Below are positions 10,143-19,619 of a stretch of 64,000 bases of DNA, piece by piece (the stretch's first letter is position 1; every line of letters starts with the position of its first letter). The translations under genes were made by a program, and so were the position numbers. Source of the DNA: Candidatus Multivorans sp. (GTDB lineage: Bacteria > Acidobacteriota > Thermoanaerobaculia > Multivoradales > Multivoraceae); NCBI GenBank assembly GCA_965224025.1, contig OZ245033.1:2240001-2304000 (forward strand). Reading direction: 5' to 3'. The notes under the pieces were generated by a model. The model was not told the DNA's origin and made no database searches. It saw only the letters and a program-made list of their open reading frames with translations.

Positions 10143-11763
10143 CGACGCACTTCCGGTGAGTGTCGGCGGACAGTGCGTCCGCGATCAATGGGTCGAGATG
10201 GTCGATCGGGTTGGCGAGTTGTCGGACTCGCTCGCCGAGTTCGATGATGAAGTCGCTTGCCGGCAGGGGCATTGCCCGAAGCTCGGTCGCGTTGACCTGA
10301 GTGTGCCCATTCAGACACCTGAAGTAGGTGTCGAGGAGGCGGCTGTTGTAGAGCGCCGCCAACCCCCATGCCTCGTCGTCGGTGAGCGCGCCGGCCTGTC
10401 GATAGATGTAGTTCAGGTGGTTTTCAAGACCCACCAGAGGAACGGGCATGGACTTGGCAACGTAGGGTGCCGCCGAAAGCCGACGGACCTCTTCCTTCGC
10501 GGTAAAGCGGCGCAGGAGAACGTAGTTGCGGTTCGGGAGGAGTAGTTTCTCGGCGCCCTGACGCTTGATGTACTCCGGCTTGTGCCGGTGCAATGGCCAG
10601 GTGACCTGCATTGGGCGTACGTGGTTCATCCAGAGGAGCGGAACGTGCGACTCGGGTACCTCACCCTCGTGATCGACCAGATCCTTCGCGCGGAAGGGGA
10701 CGACCGGTCCGGTGGAGATACGGAGGCCCAGACTGGCCAGTGTGTTCGGCCACGAGTCGACCAGGTCGAGGACCCGGGCATCCTCGTCGGATACGGGCAG
10801 TCGCAGTACGCGGTCGCCGTCGTCGAGATTGAGGGCCGCTTGAAGCGATGTCGTGCGGCGGCAAGAGTCGCTCAGGTCGCTGACGCCGCGGCTGCTGGAG
10901 ATGACAAACGGAGCCTGCCGATCTTGCGGCTGGGAGTTCAGACGGGTGCCATGCAAGATGACATTCTCCTGCAGCACCTCTTCGCGTTTGAAGGCCTCCC
11001 GACGTGATCCGAATGCGTGAACCAGAGTCGGCCGAATGAGGTCGAAGAAGACTTGCCGGAACTGCCGGAAGTACAAGCCGGAGGCAAAGCTCCTCGGCGT
11101 GATGGAGATGAAGTCGCCGTCCGGGCGGACCAGGACGGCGCTGACCGCCATGAACAGGGCGTAGATGTTCGGTTGGCCGTGGACCACGTTGGAAGCGAGA
11201 ACCGCCCGCGGGTCACCCTTGTTGATCTTGAAGTACGGCGGGTTTGAAATGACGATGTCGAACTCGCGGTCATCTGACTCGGACGGAATCAGACTGCCTT
11301 CGAGCCCAAGAGCCTCCGCGTGCTCCATGACGAAGTCTGCGGATTCGATTCGCACGTCGAGTCCGATCCCGTGCTCCTCGCGGCACCACTGTTCGAGGTA
11401 CTCGAGAACGGCCTCCAGCGGTTCTGTCAGCTCAGCGTCTACCTCGTAGGCGACCAGCTCGATCGAACCCGGTGAAGCGTCGCGGTTGGCGAGCGCTTCT
11501 ATCGCCGCGCAACAAAGAGCGCCCGCACCGGCGGCAGGATCCAGGACTCGAAGGCCGTCACCGGCGACTCGGATCTGAGCCGCCATGAAGTCGGCGGCGG
11601 CCACAGGCGTCAAGTAGAGACCGTGCCGCTTTCGGTGCGTTTCCGACCTGGAGGCGACGTAGTACTGGCCGATGCGATCGGCGTACTCCGTGGGTCGCTC
11701 GCGCGGTGCTGGAGGAGGGATGAAGCTGGTTGGGGCCGGTACAGGGCTTGGCTCCACGACCAT
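10135..11763 (-). CDS. N6-adenine DNA methyltransferase (BsuBI/PstI, Eco57I-like)
   Basis: VLDPAAGAG motif I, NPPY motif IV, ENHLNY and NGHTQVNATELR; overlaps start of the endonuclease. Confidence 0.92.
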   Translation of the reverse strand: MVVEPSPVPAPTSFIPPPAPRERPTEYADRIGQYYVASRSETHRKRHGLYLTPVAAADFMAAQIRVAGDGLRVLDPAAGAGALCCAAIEALANRDASPGSIELVAYEVDAELTEPLEAVLEYLEQWCREEHGIGLDVRIESADFVMEHAEALGLEGSLIPSESDDREFDIVISNPPYFKINKGDPRAVLASNVVHGQPNIYALFMAVSAVLVRPDGDFISITPRSFASGLYFRQFRQVFFDLIRPTLVHAFGSRREAFKREEVLQENVILHGTRLNSQPQDRQAPFVISSSRGVSDLSDSCRRTTSLQAALNLDDGDRVLRLPVSDEDARVLDLVDSWPNTLASLGLRISTGPVVPFRAKDLVDHEGEVPESHVPLLWMNHVRPMQVTWPLHRHKPEYIKRQGAEKLLLPNRNYVLLRRFTAKEEVRRLSAAPYVAKSMPVPLVGLENHLNYIYRQAGALTDDEAWGLAALYNSRLLDTYFRCLNGHTQVNATELRAMPLPASDFIIELGERVRQLANPIDHLDPLIADALSADTHRKCVVG

Positions 11764-11816
11764 GCGTCGATGGTAGCAACGGCGCCGGCCTCCGGACACA
11801 AGCCCGACGACCTCCA

Positions 11817-11990
11817 GCCTGCTGCGGTCCGGGGAGAGGGTCCCAGGGGGCTGTCGGCAAGCGACGGCCCATGTCCCCCCATGAACCGACACCAGACCGG
11901 AGCGCAGCCGACCGAAGCGAGCGCAACCCCCCCTTTTCACCAAACAAGCGCGAGCGGCCCCTGGGACCCTCTCCCCGGACCGCAGCAGGC
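11817..11990 (-). repeat. Hairpin/MITE-like element A, copy 2 (33-bp perfect inverted arms), inverted relative to copy 1
   Basis: Arms 11817-11849 and 11958-11990 are perfect reverse complements; core GGGGTTGCGCTCGCTTCGGTCGGCTGCGCTCCGGT identical to copy 1 on the minus strand. Confidence 0.85.
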
Positions 11991-12080
11991 GGGTGCGTCC
12001 ACCGCACGTCCGCCGCGTGTCAGCCGCGCGCGCCAGCGGCGCGCGCCGCGCGGCGTAGCCGCGCCTCCGGATCCGGCGAG

Positions 12081-14177
12081 CTAGTCCTCTTCCTCCGCCC
12101 GCTTCGCTTCGGCGATAATCTTCTCCTGGATCTGGCGGGGGACTTCCTCGTAGTGGGAGACGTTCATCGTGAAGCTGGAGCGGCCCTGGGTCATTGAGCG
12201 CAGGGCGGGGGCGTAGGTCAGCATCTCGGCCATGGGGACGGTGGCCTTGACGATCTGGGCGTTGCCCTTGGCTTCCATGCCCTGGGGGCGGCCGCGGCGG
12301 GACGACAGGTCGCTCATGATGTCGCCCATGAAGTCTTCGGTGGTGTTGATGTCGACCTGCATCACCGGTTCGAGCAGGGTGGGGGCGGCCTTCGCCATGG
12401 CGTCCTTGAAGGCCAGGGAGCCGGCGACCTTGAAGGCTATCTCGGACGAGTCGACGTCGTGGTACTTGCCGTCCTGGAGGCGGACCCGGAAGTTGCCGAC
12501 CGGGTAGCCGGCCAGGTAGCCGCGTGCGGCTGCCTCGAGCAGGCCCTTCTCGACCGCCGGGCGGTAGTTCTGGGGGATCGAACCGCCGAAGATCTCGTCG
12601 ACGAATTCGTAGTCCTCCGGGGTCGGGACGGGCTCCATCGTGATCGTGCAGTCGGCGAACTGGCCGCGGCCGCCGCTCTGCTTCTTGTGCCGGCCGTGGC
12701 CGACCGCGGGCCTCCTGATCGCTTCGCGGTAGGGCACCTTCGGCGGGTGCAGGATGACCTCGACCTTGGACCGGGCCTTCAGCTTGGACACCGCGATCTC
12801 GACGTGGAGTTGGCCGGCGCCCGAGAGCAGGAACTCTCCCGTCTGCGGGTCGCGCCCGGCCCGCAGGCTCGGATCCTCCTCGACCAGCCTTAGCACCGCT
12901 TCGCCGATCTTCTCTTCGTCGCCTTTCGTCTTCGGCTCGATCGCGAACGAGATCGCGGCGACCGGGGGGGTGGGGAATCCGAGGCGAAGCGGCCGTTCGC
13001 GGCTCGTGATCGAGTCGCCGGTGACGCTGCTCTTGAGCTTCGCCACGCCGCCGATGTCGCCCTCGAGGAGTTGGGGCACGTTCTGGCCGGTCTTGCCCTG
13101 CAGGTGCATCAGGTGGCCGACGCGTTCCGCCTCCTCGCGCCGTGAATTCCAGTAGCCGGTGTCGGAGGTCATGCGGCCCGCGGCTACGCGGAGCAGGGAG
13201 ATGCGGCCGGTGAAGGGGTCGTTCATGGTCTTGAAGACGATCGCGCTGACCGGCGCGCCGTCGCCGCGCTCGAGTTCCACGGGTTCTCCGCCGAGATCTG
13301 CGGCCGGCATCGGCGGCGCGCACGTCGGCGACGGCAACAGCTTGACCACCGCGTCGAGCAGAGCCGAGTTGCCGATCCCGTGTCCGGCGGACGACATGGT
13401 GACCGGGAACAGCGCCCGGTTCCTGATCGCGTTCTTGAGCCCCTCGACCAACTGGTCTTGATCGAGGTCGCCCTGGTCGAAATAGGCCTCCATCAGATCG
13501 TCGTCGCTCTCGGCGACGGCTTCCGTGAGTTTTGCCCGCCACTCTTCGATCTGGTCCGCCAACTCTGCCGGCGGCTCGGACCCCTGGCTGCGGCCATTCC
13601 CATTGTGGTCGTAGAGATAGGCGTTGCCGCTCAGCAGGTCGACGACGCCGGTGAAGTCCTTGCCGTCGCCGATCGGGATCTGCACCGGCAGCGCCATGCG
13701 GTCGAAGTTCTGCTGCAGTTCGGCGATGCAACCCTCGAAGTCGATGTTGTCGCGGTCCATCTTGGTCAGGTGCAGCATCGCCGGCTGCTCCAGCCCCGCG
13801 GCGACTTCCCAAGCCTTCTCGGCCATGACCTGGGTCGGCGATGCGGCGTTCAGGCACAGCAGGGCGGCGTCGGCCGCCCGCATGCCCGAACTGGTCTCGT
13901 GAACGAAGATCCCGGAGCCGGGACAGTCGATCAGGTTGACCTTGTGCTCGCCGGCGCCGTCGGACCAGGGCGTGTAGCAGACGGCGAGGCCGATGGAGAT
14001 GCCGCGGCGGATCTCCTCGTTGTCGAAGTCGGTGACGGTGTTGCCGTCCTCGACCCGGTTCTGCCGGTTGAAGACGCCGCCGGTGTAGAGCAGGCCGGCG
14101 ATCAGAGTCGTCTTGCCGATGTCGTTGTGTCCGACGACGGCGAGGTTGCGTATCTTGTCCGAACTTTCGAGTTGCAT
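12081..14177 (-). CDS. fusA: Elongation factor G paralogue (EF-G2 type)
   Basis: GHNDIGKTT, DCPG and TKMD G-motifs; HKKQSGGRGQF, YHDVDSSE.AF; lies outside the str operon. Confidence 0.9.
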   Translation of the reverse strand: MQLESSDKIRNLAVVGHNDIGKTTLIAGLLYTGGVFNRQNRVEDGNTVTDFDNEEIRRGISIGLAVCYTPWSDGAGEHKVNLIDCPGSGIFVHETSSGMRAADAALLCLNAASPTQVMAEKAWEVAAGLEQPAMLHLTKMDRDNIDFEGCIAELQQNFDRMALPVQIPIGDGKDFTGVVDLLSGNAYLYDHNGNGRSQGSEPPAELADQIEEWRAKLTEAVAESDDDLMEAYFDQGDLDQDQLVEGLKNAIRNRALFPVTMSSAGHGIGNSALLDAVVKLLPSPTCAPPMPAADLGGEPVELERGDGAPVSAIVFKTMNDPFTGRISLLRVAAGRMTSDTGYWNSRREEAERVGHLMHLQGKTGQNVPQLLEGDIGGVAKLKSSVTGDSITSRERPLRLGFPTPPVAAISFAIEPKTKGDEEKIGEAVLRLVEEDPSLRAGRDPQTGEFLLSGAGQLHVEIAVSKLKARSKVEVILHPPKVPYREAIRRPAVGHGRHKKQSGGRGQFADCTITMEPVPTPEDYEFVDEIFGGSIPQNYRPAVEKGLLEAAARGYLAGYPVGNFRVRLQDGKYHDVDSSEIAFKVAGSLAFKDAMAKAAPTLLEPVMQVDINTTEDFMGDIMSDLSSRRGRPQGMEAKGNAQIVKATVPMAEMLTYAPALRSMTQGRSSFTMNVSHYEEVPRQIQEKIIAEAKRAEEED

Positions 14178-14230
14178 CGAGCCGGAGAAGATACCACGCG
14201 GCCGGCCCTTGACAGCGGCCGCATTGGCGC

Positions 14231-15631
14231 TCACCCGGCCGGTTGCACCGCGATCGTTCCCAGGCTCTCGAGTTGCGGCGCGAGTTCGGATGCCGGCCCG
14301 ACCGCGGTCACGGTGAGCCGGTCGGGGAATAGATGGCGTTGGCAGACCTCGTGGACATCTTGGCGGGTCGTGGCGCGGATCCGCTCGGGCCAGCGTTCGT
14401 ACTCGTCGCGGTCCAGGCCGAAGGTGGCGAGCGCCTGCAGCCGGGAGGCGAGATTCTGGATCGTCTGCAGGGTGTACGGGAAGACGCCGACCAGGTAGTT
14501 GCGGGCGTCGTCGAGTTCCGTCTCGCTCGGCGGCTCATGGCAGAGACGCTCGAGTTCGCCGACGATCTCCCGGCAGGCGGCGCCGGTCACTTCGTTGGCC
14601 ACCGCCAAGGACACCACGAACGGACCCGGTCCACGGCGGGAGCTGAAGTTGCTGGAGACTCCGTACGTGTAGCCGTGCCGCTCCCTCAGGCTGAGGTTCA
14701 GGCGGCTGATGAACTTGCCGCCGAGGATCGAGTTCGCGACCTGTACCTTGATGCGGTCGGGATGCCGGCGCGGTATCCCGACATGGCCGACCCGCAACTG
14801 GGTCTGCGCCGCGTCGGGGCGGTCCACGATCACGACCCGGCGGGTCGGTGTCGTCGCATCTTCCGGTTCGAGGCCGGCCGGTTCGAGGCCGGCCGGTTCG
14901 CCGTCGAACTCCCCGCGGTGGGATCGGAGATCGCGTTCGATCTTCTCCTCGATCGTCTGCCGTACCCGGCCGGGTCCCAAGTCGCCCACCGCGATGAGGT
15001 GGCAGGAGCGCGCGGCGAGGGCCGCTTGATGGAAGGCGGCGATGTCGCTCCGGGTGATCGCCTGGGCGGTATCGCGATCGCCGATTGAGGGATTGCCGTA
15101 GGGGGTCCCGTCGTAGACGGCGCGCGCGAAGGCTGCTCCGGCCAGACTGGAAGGATCGCTGCGCCGCCGGTCGATCTCGGCCAAGCGCCGCCGGCGGGCG
15201 CGTTCGATCTCCTCCGCCCTGAAGGCCGGTTCCAACGCGGCTTCGGCGACCAGTTCCAGGCCGGCGGCGACGTCCTCCGAGCGCATCGTGGCGCCGATCC
15301 CCGCGATCTCCCAGGAGCAGGAGGACGAGATGCCGGTCCCCAGGTCTTCGGCCGCGGCCGCGAACTCGAGCGCCGTGCGCTGCTTTGTGCCCTTGCCGCG
15401 CAGTCCCGCCGTGAACGAGGCGAGTCCCGCCAGTTGCGGCGGATCGAGTTCGCTGCCGCCCGGCATGAGCAGGGTGACGGTGACGAGATTGCGGTCCGGG
15501 ACATCGAGAGTCCACAGACGGACGCCGGACATGAGGCGCTCGTGCCCGAACTGGGGGAAGGCGCAGGGCCGGCTCGCCGCCGGGACTGGAGGCTGGCCGC
15601 GGTCGAGAGCCGGGGAAGTTGCAGTCTTCAC
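14231..15631 (-). CDS. M16 family peptidase, non-catalytic subunit
   Basis: GLASFTA..KGT, ILGG.F.SRLN..LRE..GYTYG; GTGA overlap with upstream gene. Confidence 0.88.
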   Translation of the reverse strand: MKTATSPALDRGQPPVPAASRPCAFPQFGHERLMSGVRLWTLDVPDRNLVTVTLLMPGGSELDPPQLAGLASFTAGLRGKGTKQRTALEFAAAAEDLGTGISSSCSWEIAGIGATMRSEDVAAGLELVAEAALEPAFRAEEIERARRRRLAEIDRRRSDPSSLAGAAFARAVYDGTPYGNPSIGDRDTAQAITRSDIAAFHQAALAARSCHLIAVGDLGPGRVRQTIEEKIERDLRSHRGEFDGEPAGLEPAGLEPEDATTPTRRVVIVDRPDAAQTQLRVGHVGIPRRHPDRIKVQVANSILGGKFISRLNLSLRERHGYTYGVSSNFSSRRGPGPFVVSLAVANEVTGAACREIVGELERLCHEPPSETELDDARNYLVGVFPYTLQTIQNLASRLQALATFGLDRDEYERWPERIRATTRQDVHEVCQRHLFPDRLTVTAVGPASELAPQLESLGTIAVQPAG

Positions 15632-16965
15632 GGTTTGGGCACCACGACGACGGCCGCACGGCGCTCCGGACCGAGAGCGCGCTCGGCCAAGCCGCGGATC
15701 TGCTCGGAATCTACACGGAGCAGTCGATCCGGTTCGGTCCAGGCGCCGGCGGGGTCGCCCAGGTAGGTCGCCGCGGCGGACAGCCGGTCGGCGCATAGAG
15801 ACAGGTCCTGCTCACTGTCGCGATAGTCGAGCAGCAGAATTCGCCGCGCCCGTTCGAGTTCGGACTCGGTCGGACCCTTCGCGCGGATCGCTTCGATGTG
15901 TTCGAGGACTGCCTCCTCGACGGCCTCGGCGTTTCCGAGCGCGTCCGGCTCGCGGCTCTGGCAGGTGGCGACGACGGCGAACATCGCGCAGATCTCCGTG
16001 GGCAGGATCATCGCGGACACGGACTGCGCGATCTGGCGCTCGTAGACGAGGTCGCGGTGGAGCCGGCTCATCATGCCGGAGGAGAGAGTCGTCGCCAGCA
16101 TCGCGCCGGCGTACCAGTCGTCGCTGCCGTATCCGTCCAGGCAGTAGGCGGAGTAGGAGCGGGGCAACTCGATCGTGTCCTGGAGCACTTCCCGCGCCGT
16201 GCCGCGGGGACCGATCTCGGCTACGGGGTCGACCTGCGGCGCCTGCGGCAGCGGTCCGGCCGCGATGTCTTCGAAGTAGCGCCTGACCTGATCGAGGGCG
16301 CGGGCGCTGTCGATGTCGCCGGCCAGAGTGAGGACCGCGTTGTTTGGCCGGTACCAGGTGCGGAAGAAGTCTCGGACCCCGTCGAGGGTCGCCGCTTCCA
16401 GGTCGTCCATGTAGCCGATCACCGGCCAGGCGTAGGGGTGGCTGCTGCCGTCGCGCTGGCGGTACAGCAGTTCGCTGAGGCGTTCGCTGGCCAGACCGTA
16501 GGGCTGGTTGTCGACGCGCTGCAGCCGCTCGTTCATGACCACCGAGAGCTGGTTCTCGAACTTCTCCTGGGTCAGGGCCTCGAGCAGGAAACCGAGACGG
16601 TCGGACTCCAGCCAGAGGCCGAGTTCGAGATGGTTCGAGGGCAGGGTCTCGTAGTAGTTCGTGCGGTCGTACCAGGTCGAGCCGTTGGCGACGCCGCCGA
16701 CGCTCTGGATGTGCTCGAAGTGCCCGTTCTCGGACACGTGCGCGGAGCCCTGGAACAGCATGTGTTCGAACAGGTGGGCCAGTCCGGTGCGTCCGGTCTG
16801 CTCGTTCTTGGAGCCGACGTGGTACCAGATGTTCACGGCCGCCAGGGGCAGACGCCGGTCTTCGTGGAGCACGACGCGCAGGCCGTTGGCGAGTTCGTGC
16901 TGTTCCAGGTGCTGTCGTGGCATGTGGGGTGTGGTCTGAAGCCGGTTCATCGGCGCGTGCTCCAA
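15628..16965 (-). CDS. M16 family zinc peptidase (pitrilysin-like)
   Basis: Inverted zinc motif HLFEH, NGST..DRTNY, WLESDR. Confidence 0.92.
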   Translation of the reverse strand: MEHAPMNRLQTTPHMPRQHLEQHELANGLRVVLHEDRRLPLAAVNIWYHVGSKNEQTGRTGLAHLFEHMLFQGSAHVSENGHFEHIQSVGGVANGSTWYDRTNYYETLPSNHLELGLWLESDRLGFLLEALTQEKFENQLSVVMNERLQRVDNQPYGLASERLSELLYRQRDGSSHPYAWPVIGYMDDLEAATLDGVRDFFRTWYRPNNAVLTLAGDIDSARALDQVRRYFEDIAAGPLPQAPQVDPVAEIGPRGTAREVLQDTIELPRSYSAYCLDGYGSDDWYAGAMLATTLSSGMMSRLHRDLVYERQIAQSVSAMILPTEICAMFAVVATCQSREPDALGNAEAVEEAVLEHIEAIRAKGPTESELERARRILLLDYRDSEQDLSLCADRLSAAATYLGDPAGAWTEPDRLLRVDSEQIRGLAERALGPERRAAVVVVPKP

Positions 16966-17139
16966 GGCAGGTGCGAGGCGTGGTCGGGTAGTGTATGCGG
17001 CAAAGGCTGAGTACGCTGGCCTCTGGCCGGCTTCTGCGAGGAGACGCGCCGCGAAGCGGCGACCGTACTGTCCGCGCCGGCTCCCAGCCGGGGCGCGGAA
17101 TTTGTTTTACGCTCGGTTTCCGTCTAGTATCGCTGGTCC

Positions 17140-17763
17140 ATGGACGACTTCCTGACCGAGCGGCAGAAGCAGATTCTCGACTTCGTGTGCGAGTTCGTTG
17201 CGGTGCGCGGCGTTGCGCCCACCCACCTCGAGATCCGGCGCCGATTCGGCTACCGCTCCTACGGCACCGTCCACAAGCACCTGAAGCTGTTGCGGCAGAA
17301 GGGCTACCTGCGGGGCGGCTGGAATCAGAAGCGCGGCCTCGAGTTGACCGAGAAGACGCTCCGGTCGCGCCGTCCGGCGTCGAATGCCGTGCCCTTCCAC
17401 GGCCGGATCGCGGCCGGCCAGCCGATCGAGGCGGTGGCCGGCGTCGACGACCTGTCGGTGCCGGAGCACCTGCTGGAGCGTGGCGCCGCCGGCCGCCACT
17501 ACGTGCTCCAGGTGGAAGGCGACTCGATGGTCGACGACGGCATCTGCGACGGCGACCTGGTGGTCATAGCCCAGCGGGAAGAGGCCCACTCGGGTGAGAT
17601 GATCGTGGCCCTGGTCGGCGACGAGGCGACTCTCAAGCGGTACTACCCGGAGGGCGACACGGTTCGCCTCCAGCCGGCGAACCGGGAGATGGGGCCCATC
17701 CACGTGCCCGCCGACCAGCTCAGCATCCAGGGCAAGGTGGTCGGCCTTATGCGTCGCTACTGA
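17140..17763 (+). CDS. lexA: SOS repressor LexA
   Basis: LTERQ wHTH start, GRIAAG cleavage site, GDSM and ATLK catalytic motifs. Confidence 0.96.
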   Translation: MDDFLTERQKQILDFVCEFVAVRGVAPTHLEIRRRFGYRSYGTVHKHLKLLRQKGYLRGGWNQKRGLELTEKTLRSRRPASNAVPFHGRIAAGQPIEAVAGVDDLSVPEHLLERGAAGRHYVLQVEGDSMVDDGICDGDLVVIAQREEAHSGEMIVALVGDEATLKRYYPEGDTVRLQPANREMGPIHVPADQLSIQGKVVGLMRRY

Positions 17764-17820
17764 GGGGCGCGCAAGCGTAAGCACCCAGGACGTCGTGGTC
17801 GGCCTTATGCGTCGCTACTG
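17737..17820 (+). repeat. 26-bp direct repeat duplicating the lexA 3' end
   Basis: GTGGTCGGCCTTATGCGTCGCTACTG at 17737-17762 and 17795-17820. Confidence 0.9.
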
Positions 17821-17849
17821 GGCGCCGCGCAGGCGTCGGCGCGCGCGCA

Positions 17850-19619
17850 TCAACTGCCGCCGGCGGTGACGGTGCGGTCGGCGCCGCCCTGGGGGACGCC
17901 GTAGTACGACAGGATGCCGTCGACGATGGCCTCGGCGACCTGCTGGCGGTAGGCGCGAGTCTTCATCAGCCGGCGGTCCTGCTCGTTGCCCAGGTTGCAG
18001 ACCTCGAGCAGGATTTTGGCCGGTACCCGGTTGAAGCGGATCTGTGCCGGCACGTAAACCCTCCACTGGCGGACGATCCGATCCCGGACGGGTCCGTTGT
18101 GATGAACCGCCAGGTCGGAGTTCCGGAAGCTGGCCAGCATGTGCTGGGCCAGGTCGCGCGACAATCCCCTGCTGGTGATGCGTTCGCTGCGCGTGAAAGA
18201 CACCCGCGGTTCTGCCCGGACTTCCCGGCGTGAAGAGTAGGGCGAGCCGCTCTTGCCGTAGTTGTTGGTGATGCCGACCAATCCCGGTATGTAGACCATG
18301 GCCCCCCGCAGGGAGTGGTGTAGCGAGTCGGCGTGAATGGAGATGAAGATCACCTGGCCGGGCTCGACGCCGGCCTTCCGCCGTTGCTGGTAGACCCAGT
18401 TTGCGAGGTACCAGCGAAAGTTCGTCGCCGCGGCGGCGTTGTCGATCCGGTAGGGCGGATTCGTGAGCACGGTGTGGCCCCGGGACTTCGGCAGCACGTC
18501 TCTGTCGGCGATCCGGAACGTCGAACCCTCGCGGGTCGTCGGCAAGACGGCGGCGGCGGTGCGGCTCTCCAGCACTCTCTTGGTCCGCAGCATGATGTCG
18601 TAGACGTAGTTGCTCTCCCAGAGGCCGCCGACCGGCGCGCCGATGTCACGGCCGCCGTGGCCGGCGTCGAGCACCACGGTCACCCCGTCGAGGTCGAGCG
18701 CCAGCACTTCGTTCTCGATCTGCTCTCCGGCGGCGCGTTGCGCCTCCCACTCCACGCGGCGCGGATGGTCCGGGGGCAGGTAGCGCGCCGAAAGCAGGTC
18801 GACCGGGATCTTGACTTCATATCCGACCGGCAGATCCCTGACGTTGCCGATCTCGTTGCGCTGCTCGATCTCCCGCACCAGCTCGTTCACGTCCGGGGCG
18901 TGCAGACGGCCGGTGAACCGCATGACGACACTCGAGTAGAGAGCCTCGCCCGCCTTCAGGCGGTAGCTCGCGTACTCACCCTTGTCGTCCGACCCGTAGC
19001 GGACGAAGGGCGTCGCCTCGGTACTGGAGCTGATGGCCGCCGTTCGGGGCGCGGGCAACATGCCGGCGAAGGGTTCGCCGAGGACGCGGCGCGGGACGAG
19101 GATCAACTGGCCCGGTCGGATGACGTTGCTGGTCAGATTGTTCGCCTGCCGCAGAAGCCGGTGGTTCTCGCCAGCGCCGGTGAACCACTCCGCGATGGTC
19201 CACAGGCTTTCTGCATCCCGGCCGCGCGAGGAAGACGAGACCCTGTGTTTCCAGCCGTCGGCGGTCGCCTGGTCCTTCGGCAGCAGGGCGAGGATCGCCG
19301 CCTGCTGACTTCCCTTGGGGAGCAGATCGAAGGGAACCCTGTAGCGGACGCCGCGCTTGAGGCGCCGTACGCCGCCGTTGGCCCGGCTGAGGGCGGAGGA
19401 GTGCCTCGAGTTGCCGCAGAGCCGCTTCGCGAAGGCGAGCAGGCCTTCGTTCGCGCGCGGCTTCGCCTCGATGTGGATCTTGCCGTGCCCGGTCATCACG
19501 GCGACCGGTGTCGGCGATCCGATCTCGGGCACGGCGGCGCGCTTCGTCGCCGCGGCAGCCACGGCGGGTAGCAGAATGGCAAAAGCCGCGGCATAGACAG
19601 CGGCGGTGCGGGTCCTCAT
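17850..19619 (-). CDS. N-acetylmuramoyl-L-alanine amidase (Amidase_3) with LysM-like repeats
   Basis: Signal peptide; ESLWTIA..ANNL LysM-like segment; VLDAGHGG, FISIHAD and ILLEV motifs. Confidence 0.85.
   Translation of the reverse strand: MRTRTAAVYAAAFAILLPAVAAAATKRAAVPEIGSPTPVAVMTGHGKIHIEAKPRANEGLLAFAKRLCGNSRHSSALSRANGGVRRLKRGVRYRVPFDLLPKGSQQAAILALLPKDQATADGWKHRVSSSSRGRDAESLWTIAEWFTGAGENHRLLRQANNLTSNVIRPGQLILVPRRVLGEPFAGMLPAPRTAAISSSTEATPFVRYGSDDKGEYASYRLKAGEALYSSVVMRFTGRLHAPDVNELVREIEQRNEIGNVRDLPVGYEVKIPVDLLSARYLPPDHPRRVEWEAQRAAGEQIENEVLALDLDGVTVVLDAGHGGRDIGAPVGGLWESNYVYDIMLRTKRVLESRTAAAVLPTTREGSTFRIADRDVLPKSRGHTVLTNPPYRIDNAAAATNFRWYLANWVYQQRRKAGVEPGQVIFISIHADSLHHSLRGAMVYIPGLVGITNNYGKSGSPYSSRREVRAEPRVSFTRSERITSRGLSRDLAQHMLASFRNSDLAVHHNGPVRDRIVRQWRVYVPAQIRFNRVPAKILLEVCNLGNEQDRRLMKTRAYRQQVAEAIVDGILSYYGVPQGGADRTVTAGGS

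Noticed and set aside
10135-13857. Very long ORF-track entries (1240 aa here, also 17850-21083, 30835-33774, 40987-44136)
   Set aside because: High-GC shadow frames or upstream run-ons over real genes; true starts were reassigned from motifs and coupling.
17100-17135. LexA box upstream of lexA
   Set aside because: GTTT-N8-GTTT only loosely resembles the GTTC-N7-GTTC motif; not supportable.
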